A DNA stretch of 64,000 nt, from contig JAIVFI010000044.1 in NCBI GenBank assembly GCA_025558095.1, positions 124,001 to 188,000 on the forward strand, in the 5' to 3' direction. The translations under genes and the position numbers were made by a program. The stretch comes from Hyaloraphidium curvatum SAG 235-1. Taxonomy: Eukaryota; Fungi; Monoblepharomycota. Positions 1 to 12,486 of this stretch are shown piece after piece. How positions within the stretch are numbered: position 1 is the first letter of the stretch; each line of letters opens with the position of its first letter. The notes beneath the pieces are model-generated. The model saw only the letters and a list, made by a program, of their open reading frames with translations, had not been told where the DNA came from and did no database searches.

Positions 1-2322
1 GACGCGTACGCGAACGAATCGCGGCGGCTGGCTGAGCTGCCGTTCGCGGCGCCGGCGGAGAACGCGGCGGCGGCGGCGCGGTTCACGGCGTCGCTGCTCG
101 ACGCCGCGCGGACGTTCGTTCCCCCGCCGGAGGAGGAAAAGGCTCAAACAAACAACACCGATGACGCCGACGCGCGCATCGCCGGCCTGTGGAAGGCCGC
201 GTTCGGGGCCGCGCCGCCGCCGGAGCCCCCGCCGACCCTGGACCTGCCGGTGGTGCTGCCGCTCATCGAGCGCTCGCGGAACCGGACTGTTTCGCGGTTC
301 CTGCCGCCGCGTATATACTACCGCAACCTGAGCTCCACGTTCACCGGGAAATGGACGTCGGTGCGGCTCTCGGAGCACTTTCCGGACCTGGGGAAGCCGA
401 TCCAGCCGGCGTTTTTCCGCCGTCGGGGTGTTCCTCTCAATTCTTCTTCGAATGCAACGACAGGAGATGCTCGACAGAATGAATCGTCGGGTGGGCAGCA
501 GTTGACGCAGCAGCTGAGCCCGAGGAACGCGTCGGCTATGGACGGGGAATCCGCAAACGGCACGGCGCCGCCAAACTCGACCGCCCTGTCGCCGTACGTG
601 CCGAACCCGCTGGATGTTTTCAACGAGACTGCGGCATCGACGCGGCGGGGCACGGTCCTGGGCTCGCCGCAGCTGGGCTCGGGCTCGCTCTCGCTCACGC
701 TGTTCGGGAACCAGACCATCACGGACGAGGTCGATTTCGTCAGCGCCCACCTCCTCCTCCGCACCGGCGACCGCTCGGCCTCGGGCGACCCCAAGCGCGA
801 GGCCGCCTTCGTCGGCTACGGCGTGCACGTGCTCGAGGAAGGCGCCGTACGCTTCCTCCTCGTCCCCCCCGGGCGCGACCTCCCCCTCGAGGAGCTCCTC
901 CGGCTCATGCCGACGCAGGGCACCTTTACCCGCGCGCGCAACGCCACGCGTCGCTTCCTGGAGGGCAAGGTGGCCCAGCTCCGGCGGCGGATCGAGGCCG
1001 AGGGCCCAGACGCCTACGAAATCTTCGACTCGGGGTCGCGCCCGTTCGCGTTCGGCGCGCCCATCGTGCCTCCCGACTGCAGCTTCCAGCTCCACCTGCA
1101 GCTCTCCCCCCTCGGCCACCCGCACACGGAGGAGGAGCTGCTCGAGTACACGGCGCAGATGCACGGGGGCACCTACGACGGCCGCGCGCTGCCGCACCTG
1201 CCCGCGCCGTCGGCGTCCATGTTCCTCTACTCCAGGGACTGCCTCCTGGCGCTGGAGGCGCCAATGACCAACGGCATGCTGCTCCCTGTGTTCTTCTCGC
1301 GGCTGAACGCGCTCGTCGTGGCCGTGTCGGTCGCGACGGCGGCCGAGATGGTCGGGATCGTGAGGCAGTTTGGGCACACGCAGACGCTGGGCAGGCTGGC
1401 CAAGGTCAGCCTGTGGATGCTGGGCGTCGGCGCGGCGTGGGACGCGATGCTAAGCGCCGTCGCGCTGATGGGAGCCATGGTTCTCGGTGGGTTTGCCTCG
1501 TGTTCCGCGGGTTCTCCTTGCTCACAACCCCTCCGTGCGACAGAACCCCTACTCATGCCCCTCCTGGCGCTCGCCTTTCTCAAACTCTCCTCCTGCGCCA
1601 TCTTCCAGGGCCGCTACATCCTCCTGGTGCTGCGCGCGCGCCACATCGACGTGACCCCGGCCGGGTTTCAGCGCGTCTACGTGCTCTGGGTGCTGGCTAT
1701 GGCCGTGGCCTGGGCCGTGGTTAGCCTGGGGGGATGGGTGTTTTGGACGCTGATCGTGGCATCGCTGGGGTCGATGATGCCAGGGCAGATCGTCATGTGG
1801 GTGGCTTTCGCTGTCGGCCCGATCGTTGAGCTGGACTGAAAGAGAGGGTGCTCCCACAGGAACGCCCGCCGCAACAACCGCAAAACCCTGGACCACGCCT
1901 ACATCGTCTCCACGATCGTCTCCAAGTTCTTCCTGCCCATCTATTACCTCGGCTGCCCCGGCAACGTCGTCGTCCCCGACGCCGGCGACACCCTCCCCTT
2001 CGCCCTGGCCCTCGGCCTCCTTGCCGGGCTCCAGGTCGCCGCCCTCCTTTCCCAGGACGCCTGGGGCGGCCGTTGGTTCCTCCCCCGCGGCCTATTTCCC
2101 CCCTCGTACGACTACCACCGTCCCCCTCCTCCGGACCTCGAGGCGGGCGAGGCGTCGTGCGCGATCTGCTACACCCCGCTGGACGTCGGCCCGGCGGGCA
2201 AGGAGGGGAGGATGATCACCCCGTGCGGGCACCTCTTCTGCACGGGGTGCCTGACGACGTGGATGGAGGAGAGGATGCTGTGCCCCGTGTGCAGGCAGGC
2301 GCTGCCGGGGGTGGTGGAGTGA
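1..2322 (+). CDS. TUL1: Transmembrane RING E3 ubiquitin ligase, Tul1/Dsc1-like (5' end outside window)
   Basis: Frame open from base 1. Luminal region with many N-glycosylation sequons, then several TM helices. Introns 1487-1543 and 1797-1859 give ...IVMNARRNNRKTLDHAYI..., then QDAWGGRWFLP..YDYH and a RING CAICY...PCGHLFCTGCL..W..ERMLCPVCRQALP, stop 2320-2322. Confidence 0.85.
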
Positions 2323-2394
2323 ACTCATGTGGGCGACAGGGGTCTTCTGGTTCATGGCGTGGGCGGTGCAGGAAATCTGGGTCGTGCAGTGGCA

Positions 2395-2830
2395 TCATTT
2401 GTCGAGAGTGCTACAATCTGATTGTCTTCCTTCTGGCTTTTCCTCATGGGGAGCGAGCAGCCACTCCCGGAAGCCTTCCTTGTCGTCCGGCGGAAGCGGC
2501 GGCATCTCCTTCCCGCAGATCTCCTTGTGGCGCTCGTTCCAGTCCTTCTTCTGGTGCTCCTTGCAGCAGTAACGGACCGATCGGCACCGCGTGCATCCGG
2601 GCCAGGGGGGGCTGTCTGGTGGCGGGAGCCGGAGGCAAGAGAGCTCGGCGCGTCGCGTCGAGTCCCGAAGATAGATGCGATCGACGCCCGCACAGAATGC
2701 GAAAGCCCCCGTCGTATGCCTCTTGTGCCAGGCAGCGCGCGGCGGGTTCCACACTGGCAACCTCGGGGTGGAAAGGATCGACGGGACTAGCCATTTCATG
2801 GAAGCCTTCTTCAGCTTCGCGACTCAAGAA
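2395..2830 (-). pseudogene. MYND zinc-finger gene, probably degenerate or 5'-disrupted
   Basis: GCTRCRSVRYCCKEHQKKDWNERHKEICG is the MYND C-terminal half. The first CxxC pair is incomplete and an in-frame TGA lies just upstream at about 2824-2826. Confidence 0.6.
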
Positions 2831-3137
2831 GGGTATTGCATCGCGTTCGGGGATTGCGACCAGATGTTCCACCGTCGCCGCGAGCATTTCCGGCCGCCCC
2901 ATCTTATCCGCCAGACGCGAATAAGGATGGAAGACGAACGGAACACTAGCGTTGGCGCCGCCTGTGGAGGAGACGGACGCATCGTTGGGTTGTGTGCTAC
3001 GCGACGCCTCGCAAGCGGCAGACGTCACCAGCATTACAACATTCGCTCGAACCTCCCGTATCTGATCGATCATCATTAATTCTTGATTCATCATCTACAG
3101 GTATCTTCTTTTGGTATCCCGGATATCTCATGTCCCT

Positions 3138-5838
3138 TCAGGGGTAGTAGACGACCCCCCTGTCCCACTCCCTCAGCCTCCTCTCCTCGTCGCTCCCGAG
3201 CTTCCCGTCCCCGGCCTCGACGGGCGACCCGGAATGCAGCGTCGTGTTGCTCCCCTCCTCCTCCGACGCCGCGAGCGCGGTGCCGGCCCACAGGGAAGCC
3301 CACTCCCCGCCGCGGATCTCCTCCTCGTCGCCATCGGAGTCCGAGCCGAGCGAGTGCGACGACGCCTGGCGGGGAGCCGCCGGCACGTACGAGAACCGCT
3401 TGGGATCCGCCGCATACGAGTTCCTGTTGGCGCTGGCCCCGGCCTCGACCACGGTCTGCTGCCGCTGCGGGGGAGGCCGAGCCTGCGGCTCCTTGCGCAC
3501 GGCGGGGAGCGAAATCATCCGCTTGACGGCCCCGCCGACGCCCGAGAACCTCGTGGTGGGGTCCCTCGCCGGGGGAGACTCGATGTAGGTCGCGCTCTCG
3601 GGGCGGCCGTAGAGGGAGAGGCGCTTGTAGAGCGAGGTCCGGTTGGCCGCAGGCGGCGCATCGTCCTGCACCACGGCGGAACCGGAAGAAGTGCGGCCAA
3701 AGACGCGACCAAAGCCCGTGGATATCTTGCGCTTCAGCCGACCCTGCAAGGAAGTCAGCTTCGTCCCTATGCAGCAAGGGGCAACCAAAACCCACCATGA
3801 TCCCGACGGCGCCCCTGACCTCGTCCTCCCCGACCTCCACGACCCCGCCCCGCTCCCCCACGAAACCGAGCACCCTCGCCACCCAGGCATCCCTCTCCAC
3901 CCTCTCCATCCCCTCGGTCGTCCACGGCCACAGCGCGATGCGCTCGAGCCCCCACCTCGCGCGCGGATCCTTCTCCATGGCGCCCTCGAGCAGCTCCCTG
4001 CACCCGCGCGACAGGGAGCGGTCGATGTCGGGGGTCTCGGTGCGGATGCGCCGGAAGAGGGCCCACTCTGTCGCGCCGGAGAAGGGCGTGCGGCCGTGGA
4101 GGAGGCAGTAGAGGGCGCAGCCGAGGGCCCACACGTCGGCGGCGGGCGAGGGCGGGTCGGGTTCCGGGGCCGGGGTGGGTTCGGGCTCAGGAAGCGAGGG
4201 AGCGGAGGGGAAGATCTGGAGCTCCGGCCTGGAGGGGGCGTCCGAAGGCGAACGGGTGACGACCACCTTGGGCAGCGCGAGTCGTTGCGGCGCCGGCTCA
4301 GGCACCTCGGGTGCGCCGAACCCGACCATCTCGGGCGCCCAGAAAGCCGGCGTGCCCTCGGTGCCGCGCTCCTGGCCGCCCTCGAAGAGCGAGGTGCCAA
4401 AGTCGGTGATGCGCACGCGGCCGTCAGCATCCAGAAGCAGGTTCGCGGGCTTGATGTCGCGGTGCACGATCCCCCTGGAATGCAGAAAGGCTAGCCCGAG
4501 GACCACGTCTCGCAGCACGGGCCGCACGGAGTTTTCGTCCCAGAAAGGCCGCTGGGGCACCGCTACCTCGCTGTTTGCCGAGTCGGCACCGGCCGGCACG
4601 GGAAACGAAACCGCCGACGCGGAGGGGTCCAGCTGCCACCGCACGGGCCCGCCGGGCATGTACTCGAGCACCAGGTAGGTCTCGCCGGCGTCGCGGTCCT
4701 CGAGCACCTCGAGCAAGCCCACGCAGCGCTCGAAGCCAGAGACCTTTTTCAGCACGGCGATCTCGCGCGCGGCGCCGTCGCGTTCGCGGTTCCCGGCGGC
4801 GGCACCCGACGAGGAAGGAAGCGCGGGGCGCTTCTTCTTGCCGAGCACCTTGACCGCCACCGTCCGATCCAGTGTGTTGTCGTAGGCCAGGTGGACGGTC
4901 CCGTGCACGCCGCGTCCGAGCTCGCGGAGGAGGAGGTACTGGTTCACCTGCGTCGTCCTCTGCTTGGTCTTCTGCACGGTGGGTGTGTGCGGAATGTCGG
5001 GTTCCGCAAGGGCCGACGACGGAGGCGGCGTGGGCAAGGTGTCGGCGGGCGGGATGGCGGGCATGAAGAGCGAGTACGGCCTCGGCTTGGGCTTGCGCTG
5101 ACGTTGTAGCGGGAGCGGAGGACGCTCCTCGGCCGCGGTCGACACCTGCGGCGCCGTCTCCTGCCTCTTCAGCGGCCACCGGAAAGCCTTGAGGGAGAAC
5201 TTGCGTGACGTTTTCCTCGGCTTCTGCGAAAGGTCGGCGACGGGCTCCACCGGCTGGGCACCACCGAACTCAGGTCCACTTTCCACAGACGCCCGTAGGG
5301 ACGACGCCAGGCCCTCCGCATCCAGTGGCGAGAGAACTTCAATGTCTCCGTACTCGACCACCGAGTCCCTGACAGACCCGGTCGCCGTGCTGTGGACAAT
5401 GATCGAAGGCAGGGAGTCGTCCGAGCCAGAAGGCACCTCCGGGATAGCCGTGGGATGCTCCTTCAGCTCCTGCACGGCGGGTATCGGGGCATAGCGCCGC
5501 TGCGGCGGTGCTGCGGTCCTGTCGCGGTCGTCCGCGGGGTACACGTATTCGAAGCCCTCGTGTCCGGCGTGGTCCGCCCACACGGCGCCTTCGGCTGCAA
5601 AGGCCTCCTCGGCGTCGACTTCGAACGAGGCCGACGAGCCGTCGTCGCCCAGGGTAAACACTGCGGGCGGCGTCCGTGCCGGGGCCTGGTCCGCTCCGAC
5701 AGGTGCACCCGCCGGCGGAATCCCGCCACTCGGCCGCTCAGAACCTTCGTTTCGCACGGCTTCCGTGTTTGCCGAGTTGATTTCCAGGTCCGCCAGAGCA
5801 CTCGCCAGCGCGAGGTCCGCCGAAGCGATCCGCAGCAT
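3138..5838 (-). CDS. Ser/Thr protein kinase, CaMKK/Sak1/Ssp1-like
   Basis: VNQYLLLRELGRGVHGTV, VAVK, REIAVLKK, HRDIKPANLLL, DFG, GTPAFWAPE, DVWALGC. Intron 3744-3795 moves into the frame ending ...DRGVVYYP*. Start taken as MLRIAS (5838). Confidence 0.88.
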
Positions 5839-6300
5839 TGTTGTTTGGCGCGGCTTCCCGCGAGCGCAGGTGCGACGGGGAGCGGACCGTGCGGCCAATG
5901 GGGCGGCGGAGCAGAAAAAACGCGCTTCAGAGCGGCATCGCGGTGGCCGGTAAGGTCCGCGGCATGGGTGGGTGCGAGCGCGGCCGTGTTTGGGACTGCG
6001 TCGGACGGCCGCACTCCGCTTGGCCAAGCGCACGCGGAAGCTCCAAAACAGAGTTCCTCCGCGGACGCATTCCAGCAGGTAGCAAGCACGGCAGACGACA
6101 GTGGTTTGTAAGTACTGTCTTTTTTCGTTTCGGGGCCGAGACAGAACGGATTATGCACGTCTCCGTGCCAAGGGGCGTCGGCCTGCGGGACAGGTATGCC
6201 CGTGGTTGGAACAGGCAATGTTTGTAATGCCTTGCGGCCCACTTATGGTCAAAATGTACTATATATGGGCACTAGCTGGATAAACAGGAGGGAGGAGACG

Positions 6301-6816
6301 TGCAGGGACTAGCGTCTCCTGCGGCGGGCCGCCTCGCAGTCGGTGAGTTCCTTCTATATTGCACCCGGGATCGACATCACCAAGGATCCTCTCGAAGTTC
6401 AGGGGGACATCAATGTCTACTGCCTTGAGCAGTAGTGCGTCGACTCGGTTGCGGCCCGGAACAAAGACCTGCGGAGGCAGCATGTTCAAGAAGGCCGGCA
6501 GGAAACCCCCTCGTTCGGCTGCTTCGTCTGCGGTTGCGGTCCGGAGCCCGGGGGCAAACTCAGGCTATACACCCGTTGCCGCGGCATCCACTACTGCTCG
6601 AAGGAGTGCCAGGTCCAGAACTGGAGCCAGCACCGTCAAGTCTGCGGCTCTGCAGCCGGCATGGGGTCGGATTCGGGGCCCAGCAACCCTGATGGAGAGC
6701 ATGCTGGTACGGCGGACGATGCTGGTACGGCGGACTATGCTGGTAAGGCGGACGATGCTGCGGTTCCCGAGATAGCTTGTGAGCTCGCAGGGCTTTCTTT
6801 GGGCGTGAATGAATGA
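6301..6816 (+). pseudogene. MYND zinc-finger pseudogene
   Basis: Frame from 6481 reads CFVCG...LRLYTRCRGIHYCSKECQVQNWSQHRQVC, with one Cys ligand replaced by Tyr. In-frame TAG stops at 6310 and 6433. Not in the ORF track. Confidence 0.65.
6701..6760. repeat. 18-nt tandem repeat (ATGCTGGTACGGCGGACG, about 3.3 copies)
   Basis: Seen directly. Encodes AGTADD/AGTADY/AGKADD in the tail of the MYND pseudogene. Confidence 0.9.
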
Positions 6817-6877
6817 AGAGATCGCACGAACTGCGTAGCCTTCTGTAAATCTGCCACCTCTCTAATGAATGTTGCTG

Positions 6878-6963
6878 CACAAGAAGTATGCGGGAAGTAG
6901 ATGCCTCCTCTGCCGCCGGAGAACGAGGAGGGCATCCGCGCGTGGATGTTCGCGGGCCCCTGA
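6878..6963 (+). pseudogene. 3'-terminal relic of the MYND family found at 2395 and 12487
   Basis: Reads H(K)EVCGK*MPPLPPENEEGIRAWMFAGP* with a 1-nt frameshift and a TAG at 6898. Matches the HKEICGKEMPPLPPDDKEGFREW tail. Confidence 0.65.
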
Positions 6964-7145
6964 AGGCCCGTTCGTGGATCTATCCGAAAGAGATCTAGTG
7001 TCGCCGACCCCATCGTCTTCCTTGCCCTTCATTTCCCTCGAGTCTCTAAGGGTCCGCCGTGCTTTCCAAAGCACCCGTGCTCCCAGCGCACCTCTGCATT
7101 CGAGCCTCCCTCGGGCCGCATCAGACCTGCCGCCGTCCTCCCCCG

Positions 7146-9164
7146 TCATCCACCTCCCCCGCCTCCCCCTCCCGCATCTGCCATCCCTTCTGGCTCGCCC
7201 AACCTTTCCCTGACCTCCCTTCCGCACGCCTCGGTGAACGCAGCCGCCCACATGCCCGCCAGCGGCCATCCTCCCCCCATGTTGTCGAAGAACCCCGCGT
7301 AGGCCGTCAACCGGGATGCAGCACCGTACGCCGACCCGGGTGCCAGCGCGAACGCTGCAAGGTCGAGCATGGCGAGGGTGTACACCGCGCGGGGCACGTC
7401 CGGGGTGGGGAACGACAGGTTGGTCGGCAGCAAGGGGAGAAGGGCGGCGCCGGCCGCGCAGTGTTCGTAGCACCTGAGCACTCCATTAGCGGCCACCGCC
7501 GCGTTGCCCGCCGCCGGCCCCAGCGCCTGCGGATCGAGGGTCGGGAGAGCCAGCCAGGCCGCGATGCGCGCACGGGCCTGCGGGTCGCCAGCGAGCGCGG
7601 GGCGAAGGTCCAGCGCGGGGCAGAGCGAGAGGGCAAGAAGACCGCGGAGCGGCAGAGCGCGCAGCGCTGGGAGGGCGTGTGGCGGTAGCGGGGCGCCGCC
7701 AGGGAGGTGAGCGGGGTCCAGTGGCTGGGGGTGCGCGGGGTTCGACGGATCCTCCGCCGCTAGCAGGCGCACAAACAGCCCCGAAGCGCGTTCGCGGGCT
7801 TCCACTAGCTCGGCGGGGAGGATGTGGTGCCCGCCCTGCCGAACATTGTGCCGGTGGGCAGCCACGGCCGCATCTGCCATGCGGCGCACAGCGAGCGCGA
7901 GGAAAGCCTGCCGGACCGTCCCCGTAGGCTCGGTGGCCACCAGAGTCTCAAACCCCGCCTCGAGGTCGGCCAAGGAAACCGGCCCGGTGTCCTCGCGATG
8001 TGGGATGCACAGGCACAGGTCGGGAGCGTGCCGAACGCCCAAGTTCGGCCCCGAAGGCGAGCTGAGCAAGGAGTCGAGAAGCAGATGTTGTTCGTGCGCA
8101 TGCGCTGCCCACCCCAGGGTCCTCTCACGGGTGGTTGGCGGGTTACGCCTCCCGGATGGCCCGCCCCGTGACTCGTCGTCGAGCCCCAGCTCGCGCAGCA
8201 AGGAAGCCAGCCGATCTGCGTACGCCTGCGCTGCACGGTGTCGCGCCGGGTCGGCTGACAGCGAGAGCAACAGCGAAAGGCACAGCATCCCCAAACACGC
8301 CTCGAAAGTCGGAGACCTGGAACCCGAGTAGAATGGTTCTGCCGCGCGGGCCAGCCTCGCCCGGAGCGCATCCGCCAGCGCGAGCTGCGTTGCCTGCTGC
8401 CCAGCTTGCCCCGGGCCCACAGTCTGGGCGTGGGCGGGCCCGGCCGCGTGGAGCGCCGCCAATGCCGCCATGCACAGTCGTGCCAGGGGCCCCAGCTCCC
8501 CTGCCCCGTAAAGCAGGGTATCGGGGAGGATACGATCGCGCAGTTCGCGCCTGTAGGCGGTGCTCAGGGCGTGTACAGCCGCCTCGGGCACTCCATCGTC
8601 GACCACGTGCCCGGAAACTTGGGGCTGAGCGAATGGCTGCTGCCCCACGAACCCAGCCGGCACCTGCCCGGAATACCCTGATCCGCTGATCGGCAGTCCG
8701 AACCCGGGCAGCGGGGACTGCGGCGATCCAAGGATGCCCGGCGAGACTGCCACGCCGGGCGAGCTCAGCATGCCCGAAACAAGGCCGGGAGCACCACCCG
8801 AGGGGGCGGCCAAACCGTGGGGCCCTTGCAGCACTGGCGATCCCTCGGAGGAAGAAGTCCGACCGACGCCGACCATCGTCTGTGCCTGGGGCGCGTCAGT
8901 GGGCTCGCTCCTCAGGAAGGTGCACTCCCGTTCGCGGCGGGCACACTGCGAGCATGGGACCGCCTGGACGGCGTCACATCTCAGCTTGCTGGAAAAACAG
9001 AAATCGCCTGTTTGGGGGTGGAAATGTCACCAGGGACGCCAGAGGGCGCTAGCCGTGCGGCCCCGGGAGGAGGGAGGGCACCCACAGGCTTTAAGCTTCA
9101 TCCGTCGCGAAGAGCCGTCCCGGCCGCCCGGCCCCGGGCTGCCACCGCGCTGCAAGGACGCCAT
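7146..9164 (-). CDS. Zn(II)2Cys6 fungal transcription factor
   Basis: Splicing intron 9008-9085 gives KACDFCFSSKLRCDAVQAVPCSQCARRERECTF, in frame with the 7146-8876 ORF (helical middle region). Confidence 0.88.
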
Positions 9165-9877
9165 GTGCCGCCTTATCGCGGCCGGGGTCCGCCCGGTGTT
9201 GCCCTGCCGGGCGGGTTCCGCAGCGGGCGGTTGTGGCCCCGGAACGGCCTCTGCCCACGCCTGTCTCGCCGCCTCCACCCCGCTCGGGCCGAGACGCCTG
9301 CTCACAGCCGCCGGGGGAATCCGAAAGCGTCCGGCGGGGTGGAGGCCGCTGCCGGGCCGCCAGGTGCAAACGGGGGTGGCTAAAGTGGCAGCCACCCTCG
9401 GCCGGGACCCCCGCCGCGGCTCGGCGGCTCGGGGGCTCGGGAGGGACACGCGGCGGCAAGCGGGCGAACGCATCCCGCGGGCTGGCGGTCTTTTGCTTAA
9501 ACCAGTTTGTTGGCTGGTGAATTCCACGAGCATGTCGGTCGGCTGTGTATGGGAGGTGTCCCCACGGAGCCGACGGCGACAGGCAAGATCCACCCCCGAT
9601 TTTCCGGCTTTCGCGGCATCCCAATCGCGCCACCACCGCGTGTGGCAAAGAGCCGTGAATGCGGACGGCGTCCGCACCTGCCAATCGCAGGATGCACTGC
9701 GTTACCAGGGTTGATCGCCGAGTCGGTGCCTTGGATTGCACCGGCCAGTGTTTCCTGAAAAATCGCGGTGCACATGCGGAGCGTCTGTTTGTTTACCCCG
9801 CGGACCGACCAACCACACGCACCGCCCCACGGCCGCTTGCCTCGCACACCGGCGCAGACGCGTGTAGCGCGACGGAC

Positions 9878-10695
9878 ATGTTGATCGCGGGTCGGCTGGC
9901 CGCGTGTCGGCCCCGCTTGGCTCCCCCCTGCCCCTCAGTCTTCCATACCGTCCTCCTCGCGGCTGCACGCGTCTTCCCGCTTCCCCTCCGCCATCCCGCC
10001 CTCAGAGCTCTCTCCTCGCTCCCCACGAAACCTCCAACGAAGCTTGTCTACGAAGGGCCCGCATCGAAGCCCCTGCGCACGCTCAAGCGCGTGTCCGTGA
10101 CCACGCTGGGCGTGAGCTGGGGCATCGCGCCGCTCATGGCCCTGCTGGACTTCACCCAGATTTCCCCGGCGTTTGTCGCCGCCCTCGTGGGCTCAGGTGG
10201 ATCCCAGCCCGCTCTGCTCTCCGGAGAGGCGCTGACGGCTCTCGCCTTCCCCCATGAACAGCCCTCTTCACTTCCACCGCCTCCACCCTCCTCATCTACC
10301 TCTTCACCAAACCCTACGTCGTGAAACTGTACCACCATGGCCCTGCTCCCTCGGGCGACGGCCCGCTGGTCACCCTGACCACCCTCGACCTCATGGGCAA
10401 CCCTGTGCACACCACCCTCCCCGCTGGCCGGTTGGCCCCCTCCACGAGGCCGTTTACGACCTATGCGGTGCTCCCGGGGACCAAACCGTGGCCGCAAGCG
10501 CAGCGCGACCCCGCGCATGCTGCGTTCTTGAACAGCTTCCTCCCCGTGGGGGAGATTCCGCGGGGACCGTACAAGGCGAGGGACAGGTTCTATATGCTCG
10601 AGGACAGGGGCGCGGGGAACGAGGCCGAAGGCGCGGGGGAGGAGTTTGGGCAGATTGTTGGGGCGGCGTCGAGGCCGAAGAAGGGGGTTGAATGA
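9878..10695 (+). CDS. TMEM70-family mitochondrial inner-membrane protein
   Basis: Arg-rich presequence, LVYEGP...LKRVSVTT, two TM helices, FTKPYVVKLY, TLTTLDLMG...RPFTTY. Intron 10197-10261. Confidence 0.7.
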
Positions 10696-10780
10696 AGAAC
10701 GCGACTGGATGCGCCACTGCCAGGTGGTTGGAGTCGCTGACACGCTGCATTCCCTTCCCGTTCCCGGAACGTTGTTGACG

Positions 10781-12481
10781 ATGTTGACGATGTCCGTCGT
10801 GGACACGGCCGAGCTCTTTAGCTCATTCGTCCGAGATGCGGGCGGCCAGACGGACCCGGGAGCGCTCGTTGCCGAGTTCCGGCGCGCCCACCCCAACGTG
10901 CCGTTGCCCCCGCCCGGGTTTTCCGGCGCGCGCGACTTTGTCGTCCGCGGCTGCCCGGAACTGCTTTGGAAGGACAAAGGCGGGCAGGCGGACCCCGTGA
11001 GCGGGAAGCGGAGGGGCGTGCTGCGCTACGTGGGACCGGGAGCGGATTCTGCAAACACGGGAAAGCGGAAGAGGGACGACGACGGCTGGGAGACGGCGGA
11101 CGAGGGCGGGCCGGAGACCGATGAGGGCAGAATCGGGACGCTCCTGGACGATGGGATGACGAGGCGGATTGTGGTGGCCGTCGACCAGACGCTGGATGAG
11201 CGGCACGTGTTCGACGACGGCTTGGGCGGGCCCGGAGCCGACGGCACGACCGGCCAAGCTGTCATGCCCCTTCAGTGGCGTGGACAACGTCAGGACAAGC
11301 GCAACCGGCGCAAAATGGGCGTGGTGCCAAAAGCGCTGCTGCTTCCCGACCTGCCACTCGTGGACGACGTCGTCGACAGCGTGCGAGTCGACTTCCCGGC
11401 TTCGCCGCCCGCCGATTTTGACGAGTTCCTCGCCATCTTACCCTCGCCTATCGCGGATCATCTCCGCAGCGGTCCGAGCGAGCACCGCGACGGGTTCGTC
11501 GAGCTCGTGCTGGACCTCGGCCGGCCTCCGCAGCTCCACTACCAACCCCCTGGCTCCCAATCTCTCGCCACGGCATCGCTTCCCCTCCCTCCCGCGGACC
11601 GCTCCCTCCTGGACTCCATCCGCCTCCCCTTTGCCTCGGACAACCGCGCCGGCATCCCCGGCACGCTGCACCGCGTCTCGCGTCGCCCGAACCGCTCCGG
11701 CCAAGCGATCGGGTACACCCTCCGCGCCGGCCGCACCGCCGGCTCGCTGCACGCGCTGATCACCCCGGAACTCGACGCGGGCCTGTCGGTGCTTCTGATT
11801 GGCAGGCCCGGTAGCGGCAAGACGACGCTGCTCCGCGGTTGCGCTGCTCACCTCGCGCGGACCAAGCGCACGGAGATCGTCGACACCTCCAACGAGATCG
11901 CCGGCGACGCCGACGTGCCGCACCCGTCCGTCGGCGGCGCGAGGAGGATGATGGTCCCCGACCGGCGGCAGCAGCACCGCACCATGCTCGAGGCCGTGTC
12001 GAACCACACCCCGCAGGCGCTCATCGTGGACGAGGTGCAGACCGCCGAGGAGGCGTTGGCCGCGCGGGACATCAAGGAGAGGGGGGTGCAGCTGCTCGCG
12101 TCGTGCCACGGGGGCGGGATCGGGGACGTGCTGGCGGGGCCGGTGCTGGGGAGGCTGCTCGGGGGGTCGCACGCGGTGGTGCAGAGCGGGGAGGAGCCAA
12201 AAGAGCGGGGGATCAAGGGGCGGGCGGAGCACACGCCGGGGAGGACGGTCAGGGAAAGGGTGGGGGAGCCGGCTTTCGACGTCGTGGTGGAGATACGCAG
12301 GCAGGGATGCGTGGTCGTGATCGACCCGGCGAGGGATGCCGTCGATCACCTGCTTGCCGGGCGGCCGTTCGAGGTCGAGGTGCGGCGAATGGGGAGCGGG
12401 GGGGAGGTGGAAGGGAAGAGGGCGCTGATGAACTGGACGCGGACCCAGGTCGGCGACGGAGGCGTCGCCATGCTGGACTGA
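10781..12481 (+). CDS. Ycf45/SpoIIIAA-family P-loop ATPase with N-terminal extension
   Basis: ELVLDLGRPP, DNRAGIPGTLHRVS, GRPGSGKTT (Walker A), VDTSNEIAGD, EAVSNHTPQALIVDEV (Walker B), ERGVQLLASCHG. Apparently intronless. Confidence 0.88.
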   Translation: MLTMSVVDTAELFSSFVRDAGGQTDPGALVAEFRRAHPNVPLPPPGFSGARDFVVRGCPELLWKDKGGQADPVSGKRRGVLRYVGPGADSANTGKRKRDDDGWETADEGGPETDEGRIGTLLDDGMTRRIVVAVDQTLDERHVFDDGLGGPGADGTTGQAVMPLQWRGQRQDKRNRRKMGVVPKALLLPDLPLVDDVVDSVRVDFPASPPADFDEFLAILPSPIADHLRSGPSEHRDGFVELVLDLGRPPQLHYQPPGSQSLATASLPLPPADRSLLDSIRLPFASDNRAGIPGTLHRVSRRPNRSGQAIGYTLRAGRTAGSLHALITPELDAGLSVLLIGRPGSGKTTLLRGCAAHLARTKRTEIVDTSNEIAGDADVPHPSVGGARRMMVPDRRQQHRTMLEAVSNHTPQALIVDEVQTAEEALAARDIKERGVQLLASCHGGGIGDVLAGPVLGRLLGGSHAVVQSGEEPKERGIKGRAEHTPGRTVRERVGEPAFDVVVEIRRQGCVVVIDPARDAVDHLLAGRPFEVEVRRMGSGGEVEGKRALMNWTRTQVGDGGVAMLD

Positions 12482-12486
12482 TTCTA

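Noticed and set aside
6701-6760. 18-nt repeat as a CRISPR array or regulatory repeat
   Set aside because: Contiguous units without spacers, in a eukaryotic coding-frame context.
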